Of a stretch of 64,000 nt of DNA, positions 1-8,155 are shown in pieces. Numbering within the stretch: position 1 is the first letter of the stretch; each line of letters begins with the position of its first letter. This stretch comes from Clostridia bacterium (GTDB lineage: Bacteria; Bacillota; Clostridia; TANB77; CAG-465), in the NCBI GenBank assembly GCA_017536445.1, contig JAFXHJ010000002.1:49467-113466 (forward strand), in the 5' to 3' direction. The position numbers and the translations under genes are program-made. A model generated the notes under the pieces. It did no database searches. It had not been told where the DNA came from and was given only the letters and a program-made list of their open reading frames with translations.

Positions 1-118
1 TCAGATTTATATAAGTTAATAACAACACCAAAGGAATATTTTGATTAATATAACAACAAAGCAAGGAATTTAATGTTCCTTGCTTTGTAGCATAATAAGT
101 ACAAATAATTAAGAGCTA

Positions 119-147
119 TTCACAAATCACACAATCTGTGGTAAAAT
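119..147 (+). promoter_or_regulatory. sigma70-like promoter for ABC-F leader (-35 TTCACA 119-124, 17-nt spacer, extended -10 TGgTAAAAT 139-147)
   Basis: Read directly: TTCACA, 17 nt spacer, TGG-TAAAAT upstream of the uORF. Confidence 0.4.
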
Positions 148-166
148 ATATATTGTAAGAAAAATT

Positions 167-336
167 GGAGGAATAACAATGACTAACAAACAAAAATTTA
201 TGGAGGAAACAAAACACAGAGGCTTCGGCTGTCATACTATTACAACGAGATAATTGCTATGGGTTGTAATAGTTTAAAGTAACATAGCAAATATATCTCG
301 TTATACTTAAAAATAGTAAGATAAGGAGATATAACA
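167..336 (+). promoter_or_regulatory. Attenuator-type 5' leader of the ABC-F gene. 24-codon uORF (179..253, MTNKQKFMEETKHRGFGCHTITTR) with its own RBS (GGAGGA), followed by nested inverted repeats (acaacgagata/tatctcgttat; ttgctatg/catagcaa).
   Basis: uORF with SD 9 nt upstream. Overlapping alternative hairpins lie between the uORF stop and the ABC-F RBS. ARE ABC-F genes (vmlR, msr, lsa, vga) are classically regulated by ribosome-stalling attenuation. Confidence 0.45.
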
Positions 337-1887
337 ATGATAGAAATAGAATTAAATAATGTAAAGAAGAATTACGGTCTAAAGAATGTTTTAGACGGTG
401 TAACTTTTGCGGTCAATACTCATGAAAGAATATCGCTAATAGGCGAAAATGGTTCGGGAAAGTCCACAATATTTAGAATAATAAGTGGCATAGAAAATCA
501 CGAGGAAGGTACCGTAAATATAAGAAAAGGTGCAACTATTGGATACTTAAAACAAGTGTATGAAAGTGAACCTACTAACATAATAGTAGAAGACTACCTA
601 AAAGAAAGCTTTAAGGAATATACAGAAATAGAAAACAGACTAAGAGAATTAGAACTTAAGATGGCAAGTGATAATGAAGACTTAGAAGATATACTTAAGA
701 AATATGGTAGACTGCAAGAAAGATATATTGCTTTAGGTGGATATGATCTAGAAGAAAAATTCAAAAAGATATGTTCTGGATTTAAACTAGATAAAGAATA
801 CCTAAAGAAAGAATATAACACACTAAGCGGTGGAGAAAAAACAATAGTAAATCTTGCCGCTATACTTCTTAAGAATCCAAGCATATTACTTTTAGATGAA
901 CCAACTAACCATTTAGATATAGAAACACTAGAATGGCTAGAAAGCTTTCTAATAGAATATAAAGGGACAATACTGTTAATATCCCATGACAGATATTTTC
1001 TAGATAAAGTAGCTACTAAAACAATACTTCTAGAAAATGGTCGCGCTAAGATATATTTTGGTAATTACACATACTTCTTAGAAGAAGATGAAAGAAGAAC
1101 ACTAGCTGAGTTTGAGAATTACAAATCTCAACAAAAGCAAATAGAAAAGATGAAAGAAAGCATAAAGAAACTAAGAGAATTTGGTATGCTTGCTGGAAAT
1201 GAAATGTTCTTCAAACGTGCTAAATCTATAGAAAAAAGATTAGAGAAAGTAGAAGTGTTAGAAAAAAGAGTAGAAACAGTATTACCAATAAAGATAAACT
1301 CTTGTGGCAAAGCAGGAAAAGATATATTAGTAATAAAAAACTTAAGTAAAAGTTATCCTAACAAAACTGTATTTACCAAATTTAACATGGGAGTATACGG
1401 TGGAGAAAAAGTCCAACTTAAAGGTAAAAATGGATCTGGTAAATCTACGCTAATTAAAATAATACTAGGAAAAGATAAAGATTACACAGGAGAAATAAAG
1501 ATAAATCCATCTGTAAAGATAGGATATATACCACAAGAAATAAAGTTCGAGAGTGAACAAGATACAGTATTAGAATATTTCTTCAAAAACTATGGTGGAA
1601 GCGAAACAGAAGCAAGAAATTTCCTAGCAAAGTATATGTTCTATGGAGATAATGTATTTAAGAGATTAAAAGAATTATCTGGCGGAGAAGGAGTAAGACT
1701 ACTAATAGCAGAATTAGTAATAAAACAAACGAACTTCCTTATACTAGATGAACCTACAAATCACTTAGATATATCTACAAGAGAACTCTTAGAAGAAAAT
1801 CTTAAAGAATACAAAGGCACAATATTATTTGTATCCCACGATAGATACTTTGCAAATAAAATAGCAGAAAGAGAAATAAATATATAA
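337..1887 (+). CDS. ABC-F family ATPase (two tandem ABC domains, no TMD), probable ARE-type ribosomal protection protein
   Basis: Two Walker A motifs (GENGSGKST, GKNGSGKST), two LSGGE signatures, two LLLDEPTNHLD Walker B motifs. ~80-aa charged interdomain linker (KSQQKQIEKMKESIKKLREF...). Strong RBS aaggagat. Confidence 0.9.
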   Translation: MIEIELNNVKKNYGLKNVLDGVTFAVNTHERISLIGENGSGKSTIFRIISGIENHEEGTVNIRKGATIGYLKQVYESEPTNIIVEDYLKESFKEYTEIENRLRELELKMASDNEDLEDILKKYGRLQERYIALGGYDLEEKFKKICSGFKLDKEYLKKEYNTLSGGEKTIVNLAAILLKNPSILLLDEPTNHLDIETLEWLESFLIEYKGTILLISHDRYFLDKVATKTILLENGRAKIYFGNYTYFLEEDERRTLAEFENYKSQQKQIEKMKESIKKLREFGMLAGNEMFFKRAKSIEKRLEKVEVLEKRVETVLPIKINSCGKAGKDILVIKNLSKSYPNKTVFTKFNMGVYGGEKVQLKGKNGSGKSTLIKIILGKDKDYTGEIKINPSVKIGYIPQEIKFESEQDTVLEYFFKNYGGSETEARNFLAKYMFYGDNVFKRLKELSGGEGVRLLIAELVIKQTNFLILDEPTNHLDISTRELLEENLKEYKGTILFVSHDRYFANKIAEREINI

Positions 1888-1907
1888 AAATAGATATATA
1901 AACATAA

Positions 1908-1936
1908 AAGCAAGTCACATAAGTGGCTTGCTTTTA
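1908..1936 (+). terminator. rho-independent terminator after ABC-F gene
   Basis: aagcaagtcac-ataa-gtggcttgctt hairpin followed by T-rich stretch. Confidence 0.6.
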
Positions 1937-2021
1937 AACAAGAAAATAAAACAGTATTAAAGTTTGTAATAAAAAATAAAATAGCACATATAATAAAACT
2001 ACCGCGAACGGAACAAAAACA

Positions 2022-2050
2022 TTGACAAATACTACCGAGTGCGGTATAAT
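2022..2050 (+). promoter_or_regulatory. consensus sigma70 promoter (TTGACA-17-TATAAT) for Fic gene
   Basis: Perfect TTGACA at 2022-2027, 17-nt spacer, perfect TATAAT at 2045-2050, 20 nt before the RBS gaggtga. Confidence 0.7.
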
Positions 2051-2070
2051 TGATGTATGAGGTGATAAAA

Positions 2071-2997
2071 ATGGAATATATGACTACAAGAGAAGCGGAA
2101 GAAAAATGGAATATTAGTGAAAGAAGAATTAGACAGTTATTACAAGAAGGAAGAATTGAAGGTGCGGTTAAAGTAGGAAGTACATGGAATATTCCAAAAG
2201 ATGCAATTAAACCAACAGATAAAAGAGTAGTAAGACCAGACAATAATGAATTTATAATAAATTTAGATAATAGTTATTTTGATGAAGTAGATAATCTAAA
2301 AAAAGAATTAGATAGTAAGAGACCAATTTCAAAAGAAACATTGAAATCATTAAAAGAATCTATTAATTTAGAGTGGACATATAACAGTAATGGAATAGAA
2401 GGAAATACTTTAACATTAAGAGAGACACAAGTCGTACTAGAAGGAATTACAGTAGGTGGTAAGACTTTAACAGAACACTTAGAGGCAATAAACCACGAAA
2501 AAGCAATTGAGTATTTAGATGACTTAGTAAAAGATAATAAGCCAATTACAGAATGGAATATAAAAAACATACATCAATTAATATTAAAAAACATAGATAA
2601 TGAGAATGCTGGAAGATACAGAAAAGAAAATGTAACAATAAAAGGTGCTGCGCATATACCTCCAGATTTTGTTAAAGTACCAGAGCTAATGGAAAAATTG
2701 GTTTTAAATTATGAAACTTGGAAGAAATATCACCCAATAGTTCAAGCTGCATTATTACATGGCGAACTTGTAAAAATACATCCATTTATAGATGGAAATG
2801 GAAGAACTTCAAGACTCATAATGAATTTAGATTTAATGAATCATGGATATAATCCTATAATTATAAAAAAAGAAAACAGATTAGAATATTATGAAGTTTT
2901 AGATAAAGCACACATAACAGGAGACTATACAGATTTTATTAAATTAGTTACTAAATTAGAAATTGAGATGTTAAAGATGTATTTGAAATTATTGTAA
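2071..2997 (+). CDS. Fic family protein (class II, autoinhibited AMPylator) with N-terminal excisionase/MerR-like HTH
   Basis: Canonical Fic motif HPFIDGNGRTSRL. Upstream inhibitory-helix motif S-x-x-x-E-G (SNGIEGN) in the same chain. N-terminal 'TTREAEEKWNISERRIRQLLQEGRI' HTH. Start set at the ATG with RBS (2071) rather than the ORF-track 2050. Confidence 0.85.
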   Translation: MEYMTTREAEEKWNISERRIRQLLQEGRIEGAVKVGSTWNIPKDAIKPTDKRVVRPDNNEFIINLDNSYFDEVDNLKKELDSKRPISKETLKSLKESINLEWTYNSNGIEGNTLTLRETQVVLEGITVGGKTLTEHLEAINHEKAIEYLDDLVKDNKPITEWNIKNIHQLILKNIDNENAGRYRKENVTIKGAAHIPPDFVKVPELMEKLVLNYETWKKYHPIVQAALLHGELVKIHPFIDGNGRTSRLIMNLDLMNHGYNPIIIKKENRLEYYEVLDKAHITGDYTDFIKLVTKLEIEMLKMYLKLL

Positions 2998-3142
2998 AAA
3001 GTAATAAAGGATAGATGTGAAAGAGAATAAACCATCAAAAAACATCATTTTATACCACAATACACAAGTAAAGTGAACCCAAAAAGTGTCTAACTTTTGG
3101 GGTTCACTTCATATATATTGGCCGAATTGTTTGTTACTATTA

Positions 3143-3760
3143 TTAATCATATAAATAGAAAGGTGGGTAAAAAGAGTCAATATATTCACATTCCATTGCT
3201 TTAAAAGCAGAAGTAGACATAGCGCTAGCCGCCTCAATAAGCTTATCCTCGTCATTAATATTAATCTCATTAATTAAAGTAGTGTAATATTTGTTGTTCT
3301 TATCTAACTCTAAATATTCTGCCCAAGCAGTAAAGATCTTGTTAACAAGTTCTTTACTTTTAGTATCAGGAAGTTGTTCAACTTTAGTAGTCCATAAAGT
3401 GTAATAATATGTATGTATAAATTCGAGATTAGTATGAAACATTGAAGCAATAGAAATATCTCTACTTGGTCTATATGGAGTTTCAAAGAAATAATTATCT
3501 TCATCCAAAACACAATCAATAAAATCTAATCTTTCATATATATCCTTCAAATCCTTTTTAGCAACTACTGCTAGTAACATTAGCATTTGCTTAATTGTAC
3601 TTTTTGTAGTATCTTGCATGCTGCTAATAGTAATATTACTGCCAGTTTCAGATATAGCGTTATATCCATCTAGAAAATCTTTAACTTCCTTTACGTTTAC
3701 TAACTCTAATAGTTCATCTAAAGAACATTTAATAGTATCTATGTAATTTTTAGAATCCAT
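3143..3760 (-). CDS. hypothetical protein (no recognisable motif)
   Basis: ORF with RBS ggaggtg before the MDSKNY start (3760). The upstream extension to 3835 in the ORF track lacks an RBS. Confidence 0.55.
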   Translation of the reverse strand: MDSKNYIDTIKCSLDELLELVNVKEVKDFLDGYNAISETGSNITISSMQDTTKSTIKQMLMLLAVVAKKDLKDIYERLDFIDCVLDEDNYFFETPYRPSRDISIASMFHTNLEFIHTYYYTLWTTKVEQLPDTKSKELVNKIFTAWAEYLELDKNNKYYTTLINEININDEDKLIEAASAMSTSAFKAMECEYIDSFYPPFYLYD

Positions 3761-3906
3761 AGAAACACCTCCATAAAATTTACATAGCAGTATTATAGCA
3801 TAAATATACCAAAATACAACTAAGCGGATATACATTAGTTGTTAGAATAACCATCCTGTGATATAATACAAGAAGAAAAACAAGTGAAATGCAAAGGAGA
3901 TAATAT

Positions 3907-4530
3907 ATGGAAAACAAAGAAAAACAAGCAGAACAAATATGGGGAAACACGGAACAATATAAAGAATTTAAGGATAAGAATTTAACTAACCAACAACTAC
4001 TAAACAGTGGTGAACAGCTAATGCAAATATTTAAGGATATAGGCAAACTAAAAGATCTAAATCCAGATGCTAAAGAGGTTCAAGATAAAATACAAGAACT
4101 TAAAACATTCATCACAAACCATTATTATACTTGTACAAATGAAACATTAAAAGCATTAGGAGAAATGTATATAACAGATGCATTTAAAGCAAATATAGAT
4201 AGAGTAGGTGGAGAAGGAACGGCACAGTGTACACATAAAGCAATAAATGCATACTTAAAACAACAAGAAGTAGAAATAACACTAGATGAAGAAACAAATA
4301 CAGTACTAGCATATATAGATAACAAACAAGTAGGAGAATGTGTATATGTAACAACAAAAGAAGAAATAAACATAGTACACACAGAAGTAGATGAAGACTA
4401 CCAAGGAAAAGGAATAGCAGGAAAACTAGTAGATAGAGTAATAACATATGCAGAAGAACACAACAAAAGACTAGTAGCAGATTGTTCTTATGCAAAAAAT
4501 AGAATAGAAAAAAGAAACCCAAACAAATAA
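3907..4530 (+). CDS. TipAS-like antibiotic-recognition domain fused to small GNAT (YjdC/Acetyltransf_CG-type) acetyltransferase
   Basis: N-terminal ~115 aa matches the TipAS pattern (QIWGNTEQYKEF...DAKEVQDKIQELKTFITNHYYTCTNETLKALGEMYITDAFKANID). C-terminal ~90 aa has the minimal GNAT pattern (VGECVYV...IVHTEVDEDYQGKGIAGKLVDRVITYAEEHNKRLVADCSYAKN). Confidence 0.7.
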   Translation: MENKEKQAEQIWGNTEQYKEFKDKNLTNQQLLNSGEQLMQIFKDIGKLKDLNPDAKEVQDKIQELKTFITNHYYTCTNETLKALGEMYITDAFKANIDRVGGEGTAQCTHKAINAYLKQQEVEITLDEETNTVLAYIDNKQVGECVYVTTKEEINIVHTEVDEDYQGKGIAGKLVDRVITYAEEHNKRLVADCSYAKNRIEKRNPNK

Positions 4531-4540
4531 AGGAGAACTT

Positions 4541-4939
4541 ATGAAAAAAGCAATAATCATACTAATAATACTAGTAGTAATAATAGGAGGAGTAATAATG
4601 TTAAATAAAAACACAGAAAAAGAAACAACGAACCCAATACAATACGTATCTATGGAAGAAATAACAACAATAATGCAAGAAAACACAAACTACATCATAT
4701 TAGATGCACGTACAATAGAAGAATATAACGAAGGACATATACCAAATGCAATATGCATACCAAACGAAACAATAGATGAAACGGTAACAAAAAAACTACC
4801 AAATAAGGACCGACTTATCTTAATCTACTGTAGAAGTGGCAACAGAAGCAAACAAGCAGCAAACAAACTTCACCATCTAGGCTACACCAACCTAGTAGAA
4901 TTTGGTGGAATCATTGATTGGGATGGAGAGATTGAATAA
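4541..4939 (+). CDS. membrane-anchored rhodanese-like sulfurtransferase domain protein
   Basis: N-terminal TM helix. Rhodanese active-site loop CRSGNRS with the catalytic Cys. RBS aaggagaa. Confidence 0.8.
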   Translation: MKKAIIILIILVVIIGGVIMLNKNTEKETTNPIQYVSMEEITTIMQENTNYIILDARTIEEYNEGHIPNAICIPNETIDETVTKKLPNKDRLILIYCRSGNRSKQAANKLHHLGYTNLVEFGGIIDWDGEIE

Positions 4940-5201
4940 AAACCAACATTTGTTCGATAAAATACTTGAAAAAATAAAAAAAGTGATGTAAAATCATACT
5001 TGGCACAGTATGTAATTGTTACATCGCTTCTTTTTTTATACAAAAATATCTTGTATAAAGTCTTCCCAAATACTTTATATCATTCAAGATATCTTTTGTA
5101 AATAAAAAACGGAGCAATACAGATAAAATGTAACTAAAGTAGAATATAAGTGAAATATATTTGTAATACTGTGACTTACAAAAGATAGGAGGTTGATATA
5201 A

Positions 5202-5423
5202 ATGGGACAAGGAAAACTAAAAGTAACTAAAGAGAGTGAAACTGGCAGAAATATAGAGTTTCAAAATACAGGCAATAATGAAAAATTAACAGCACAAGAA
5301 CTTATTTGTAGACTAGAAACTGGCAATTCTGTTTACAATCAAAGTTACTATATAAAACATCAAGGTGATGAAAAATACATAGTTTCTAAGCCAGATGGTA
5401 AGATAAAAAACAATTTGGGATAA
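5202..5423 (+). CDS. small hypothetical protein (73 aa; possibly DUF3892-like)
   Basis: RBS aggaggttgat, 73-aa ORF. Family assignment from memory only. Confidence 0.45.
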   Translation: MGQGKLKVTKESETGRNIEFQNTGNNEKLTAQELICRLETGNSVYNQSYYIKHQGDEKYIVSKPDGKIKNNLG

Positions 5424-5652
5424 TAAAAATAAGGAATAGCTTCATAGAAAAATATGAGGCTGTTCCTTTTATGTTTAATTTAATGGATTGGGAGGAAAGT
5501 GATATGAATTTAAAAGATTTATTGCTAAGTAAACAAAACATATTAAGGATAAGTTTGAAAAAAAGTAACAGCATACAACATTTAGTTACTTGTAGAAACG
5601 AACTGGAAACAAGTGAGGAATGTAATCTAGTATATTTATTAGGAGGTTTTCA

Positions 5653-6198
5653 ATGGAAATAATAGAATCTGAAATAAGACAAATTTTTGCATCTGTAGTT
5701 TGGAATCATAAAATACACGAAAAACAATGTGATATTAATAGTAAACACTATAATTTTTTAGAGTTTGTAAGATTGCTTTCATCTGTAATTACGACATCTG
5801 GTCTGTTGACTTGTATATTTATAGATGAATTCTATGTGAAACTAGTAACAACAATAGTTTCAGCAATTTCTATGTTTGTAACTGCATTTTGTAAAACATA
5901 TAATATAAAAGATACGATGCAGGAACATAAAGTTATAGCGTTGGAATTCTTACAACTAAAGAATGAAATAATAAGCATATTATCGGAGATAAAAATAAAA
6001 AGAATAGATGAAGAAAGAGCAATAGAAAAGCGAAATAAAGTATTGGACAAGTATCATACATTGTGTAAAAAAAGTCTAAATACAACTGATAAAGCTGTAA
6101 AACTTGCTAGTAAAGCGCTGAAAGAACAAAGAGACAATACATTTGACGATAAAGAAATAGATAGTTATCTGCCGATAGAGTTAAGAAAGGAGAAATAA
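5653..6198 (+). CDS. 2-TM membrane protein, SLATT-like predicted effector partner of the downstream nucleotidyltransferase
   Basis: RBS aggagg. Two predicted TM helices (LLSSVITTSGLLTCIFI; LVTTIVSAISMFVTAFC) followed by a charged helical tail. Stop TAA abuts the ATG of the next gene (translational coupling). Confidence 0.5.
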   Translation: MEIIESEIRQIFASVVWNHKIHEKQCDINSKHYNFLEFVRLLSSVITTSGLLTCIFIDEFYVKLVTTIVSAISMFVTAFCKTYNIKDTMQEHKVIALEFLQLKNEIISILSEIKIKRIDEERAIEKRNKVLDKYHTLCKKSLNTTDKAVKLASKALKEQRDNTFDDKEIDSYLPIELRKEK

Positions 6199-7476
6199 AT
6201 GTTAGCTAGAGATTTTGAAGAGTTTTGCAGTAATATTAAATTAGACAACAAAGAAGACATGGAATCTACTGTAAAAGATATAACTAAAAAATTAAATAAA
6301 CACTATTATGATTTAGATGATGCAGTTGAACATATGCACACTGTGGGCTCTGTTGGAAGAACAACTGCGATAAAAAATACTAGTGATTTAGATATATTAT
6401 TCGAATTACCACAAAGTGTATACGACAGAATAAATGACAATGAGGGGAATAAGCAATCACAATTGTTGCAAGAAGTAAAAAATGTGTTGAAGGATAGATA
6501 TCCCAACACTGACTTAAGAGGAGATGGACAAGTAGTAGTTATTAATTTTTCTAAATATACGGTAGAATTAGTCCCAGCTTTTAAGAATGATGACGATTCG
6601 TATAAATATCCAGATTCGAATGAAGGAGGAAAGTGGAGAAACACAAATCCGTTGCCAGAAATAGAAAAATGTCTAGAAATAGATGATCAGACAAGTGGAA
6701 ATTTCACGAATATATGCCATATGCTTAGGGCTTGGAAGAATAAAGCGGGATTTAAGTTTAAGGGCTTACTAATAGATACATTGACTAATAACTTTCTTAA
6801 TAATAATGAACAATACAAAAACTGTAATTATGAAGATTATCTAAATTTAATCAAAGATTTGTTTTTGTATTTGAAGAGTCAGAACAAGGAACAAGAATTT
6901 TGGCATGCTATAGGAAGTAATCAAAAAGTCTATGATGATGGAAGGTTTATTAGAAAAGCTGCTAAAACATATGAAGAAATAAAAGATTTAGAAGCGGATA
7001 CTGAAAGAATAAATAAAAAGTTAAGAAAAGTGTTTGGAAGAGAATTTCCCAAAAGAGACGAAGAGGAAACACAAAATAAATATAATTATGATAATACCGA
7101 AGAGTTTATAGAAGATCGTTATCAAATAGATATAATATTGAATGTACAATTAAAGTGTATAGTTACTCAAGATGGTTTTCGACCTACAGATTTAAGGGCG
7201 TTGAAATTTTTGAAGAAAAATAGAAAACTTGAGTTTGAGATAGAAAACAAGTCAGAACTTGTAAAAAATGGAGTGGAACATATTATATGGAAAGTAAAAA
7301 ATGAAGGCGAAATAGCGGAAAAAAGAAATCATATTAGAGGGCAATTGTTAATGACAGACCGTTATAATCGAGAAGAAAACACTAGTTTTGAAGGACCACA
7401 TTATGTAGAAGTATATGTTATAAAGAAAAATATTTGTGTTGGAAAAGGCAGAGTAGATGTAAATATTGCACCTTAA
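6199..7476 (+). CDS. SMODS/CD-NTase-like (cGAS/DncV-like) nucleotidyltransferase with uncharacterised ~130-aa C-terminal domain
   Basis: Pol-beta NTase core motif 'GSVGRTTAIKNTSDLDILFELP' (GS...x10...[DE]xD). Downstream 'VELVPAF' strand and 'W...NP...L.IDDQTSGNFTNICHMLRAWK' helix are typical of CD-NTases. Coupled to the upstream 2-TM gene. Confidence 0.6.
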   Translation: MLARDFEEFCSNIKLDNKEDMESTVKDITKKLNKHYYDLDDAVEHMHTVGSVGRTTAIKNTSDLDILFELPQSVYDRINDNEGNKQSQLLQEVKNVLKDRYPNTDLRGDGQVVVINFSKYTVELVPAFKNDDDSYKYPDSNEGGKWRNTNPLPEIEKCLEIDDQTSGNFTNICHMLRAWKNKAGFKFKGLLIDTLTNNFLNNNEQYKNCNYEDYLNLIKDLFLYLKSQNKEQEFWHAIGSNQKVYDDGRFIRKAAKTYEEIKDLEADTERINKKLRKVFGREFPKRDEEETQNKYNYDNTEEFIEDRYQIDIILNVQLKCIVTQDGFRPTDLRALKFLKKNRKLEFEIENKSELVKNGVEHIIWKVKNEGEIAEKRNHIRGQLLMTDRYNREENTSFEGPHYVEVYVIKKNICVGKGRVDVNIAP

Positions 7477-7484
7477 AGCACCCT

Positions 7485-7512
7485 CCCCACAATACACTTG
7501 TGTATTGTGGGG
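7485..7512 (+). terminator. terminator after nucleotidyltransferase gene
   Basis: Perfect 13-bp stem ccccacaatacac/gtgtattgtgggg with 2-nt loop. Confidence 0.55.
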
Positions 7513-7531
7513 ATAAGCATAGGAGAAACAA

Positions 7532-7891
7532 ATGAATAATGTTAATTTAGAAAGATATATAGAAGCACATAAAAGAGAATATAAACAAGCATTAGAAGAA
7601 ATAAAGAATGGTAAAAAGAAAACACATTGGATGTGGTATATATTTCCGCAAATAGATGGATTAGGAATAAGTAGCACATCTAAATATTATGCAATAAGAA
7701 ATAAAGAAGAAGCAAAAGCATATCTAAATAATGAATATCTATATAATCATTTAATAGAAATATGTAAAGAGTTAATGAAATTAAATACAAACAACATAAT
7801 AGAAGTACTACTTTATCCAGACAATTATAAACTATGTTCATCTATGACATTATTTTATCTAACTAACCCTAAAGAAGAAATCTTTAAGTAA
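7532..7891 (+). CDS. DUF1810 family protein
   Basis: Characteristic 'HWMWYIFPQ' motif and ~120-aa size. RBS aggagaaacaa. Confidence 0.6.
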   Translation: MNNVNLERYIEAHKREYKQALEEIKNGKKKTHWMWYIFPQIDGLGISSTSKYYAIRNKEEAKAYLNNEYLYNHLIEICKELMKLNTNNIIEVLLYPDNYKLCSSMTLFYLTNPKEEIFK

Positions 7892-8155
7892 GTATTAGAT
7901 AAATACTATAATGGTAAATTAGATGAAAAGACTATAGAGATATTAAATAAACAACAAAACAAATAACACATTATTTGTGTATAAAATCCATGCTAATAGT
8001 GTTGGCAAAATAAAATGTATGAGTAAAGAGAGCAGAGATGCTCGCTTTTTATAACATCATAACAAAATACGACAAAAGTCTTCAAAAATTTGGTAATTCA
8101 ATTGAGAAATTATGTGTTTTATGATATAAAATACATAAATAAACGGAGGTTACAA

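Noticed and set aside
594-884. Minus-strand 96-aa ORF (and similar 1128..1310, 1761..2243) inside the ABC-F gene
   Set aside because: Antisense to a well-supported CDS, no RBS, Ser/Leu/Phe-rich translation typical of an AT-rich antisense frame.
4184-4522. 112-aa Leu-rich minus-strand ORF
   Set aside because: Antisense to the TipAS-GNAT gene. Poly-Leu/Phe product is an artefact of reading A-rich codons backwards.
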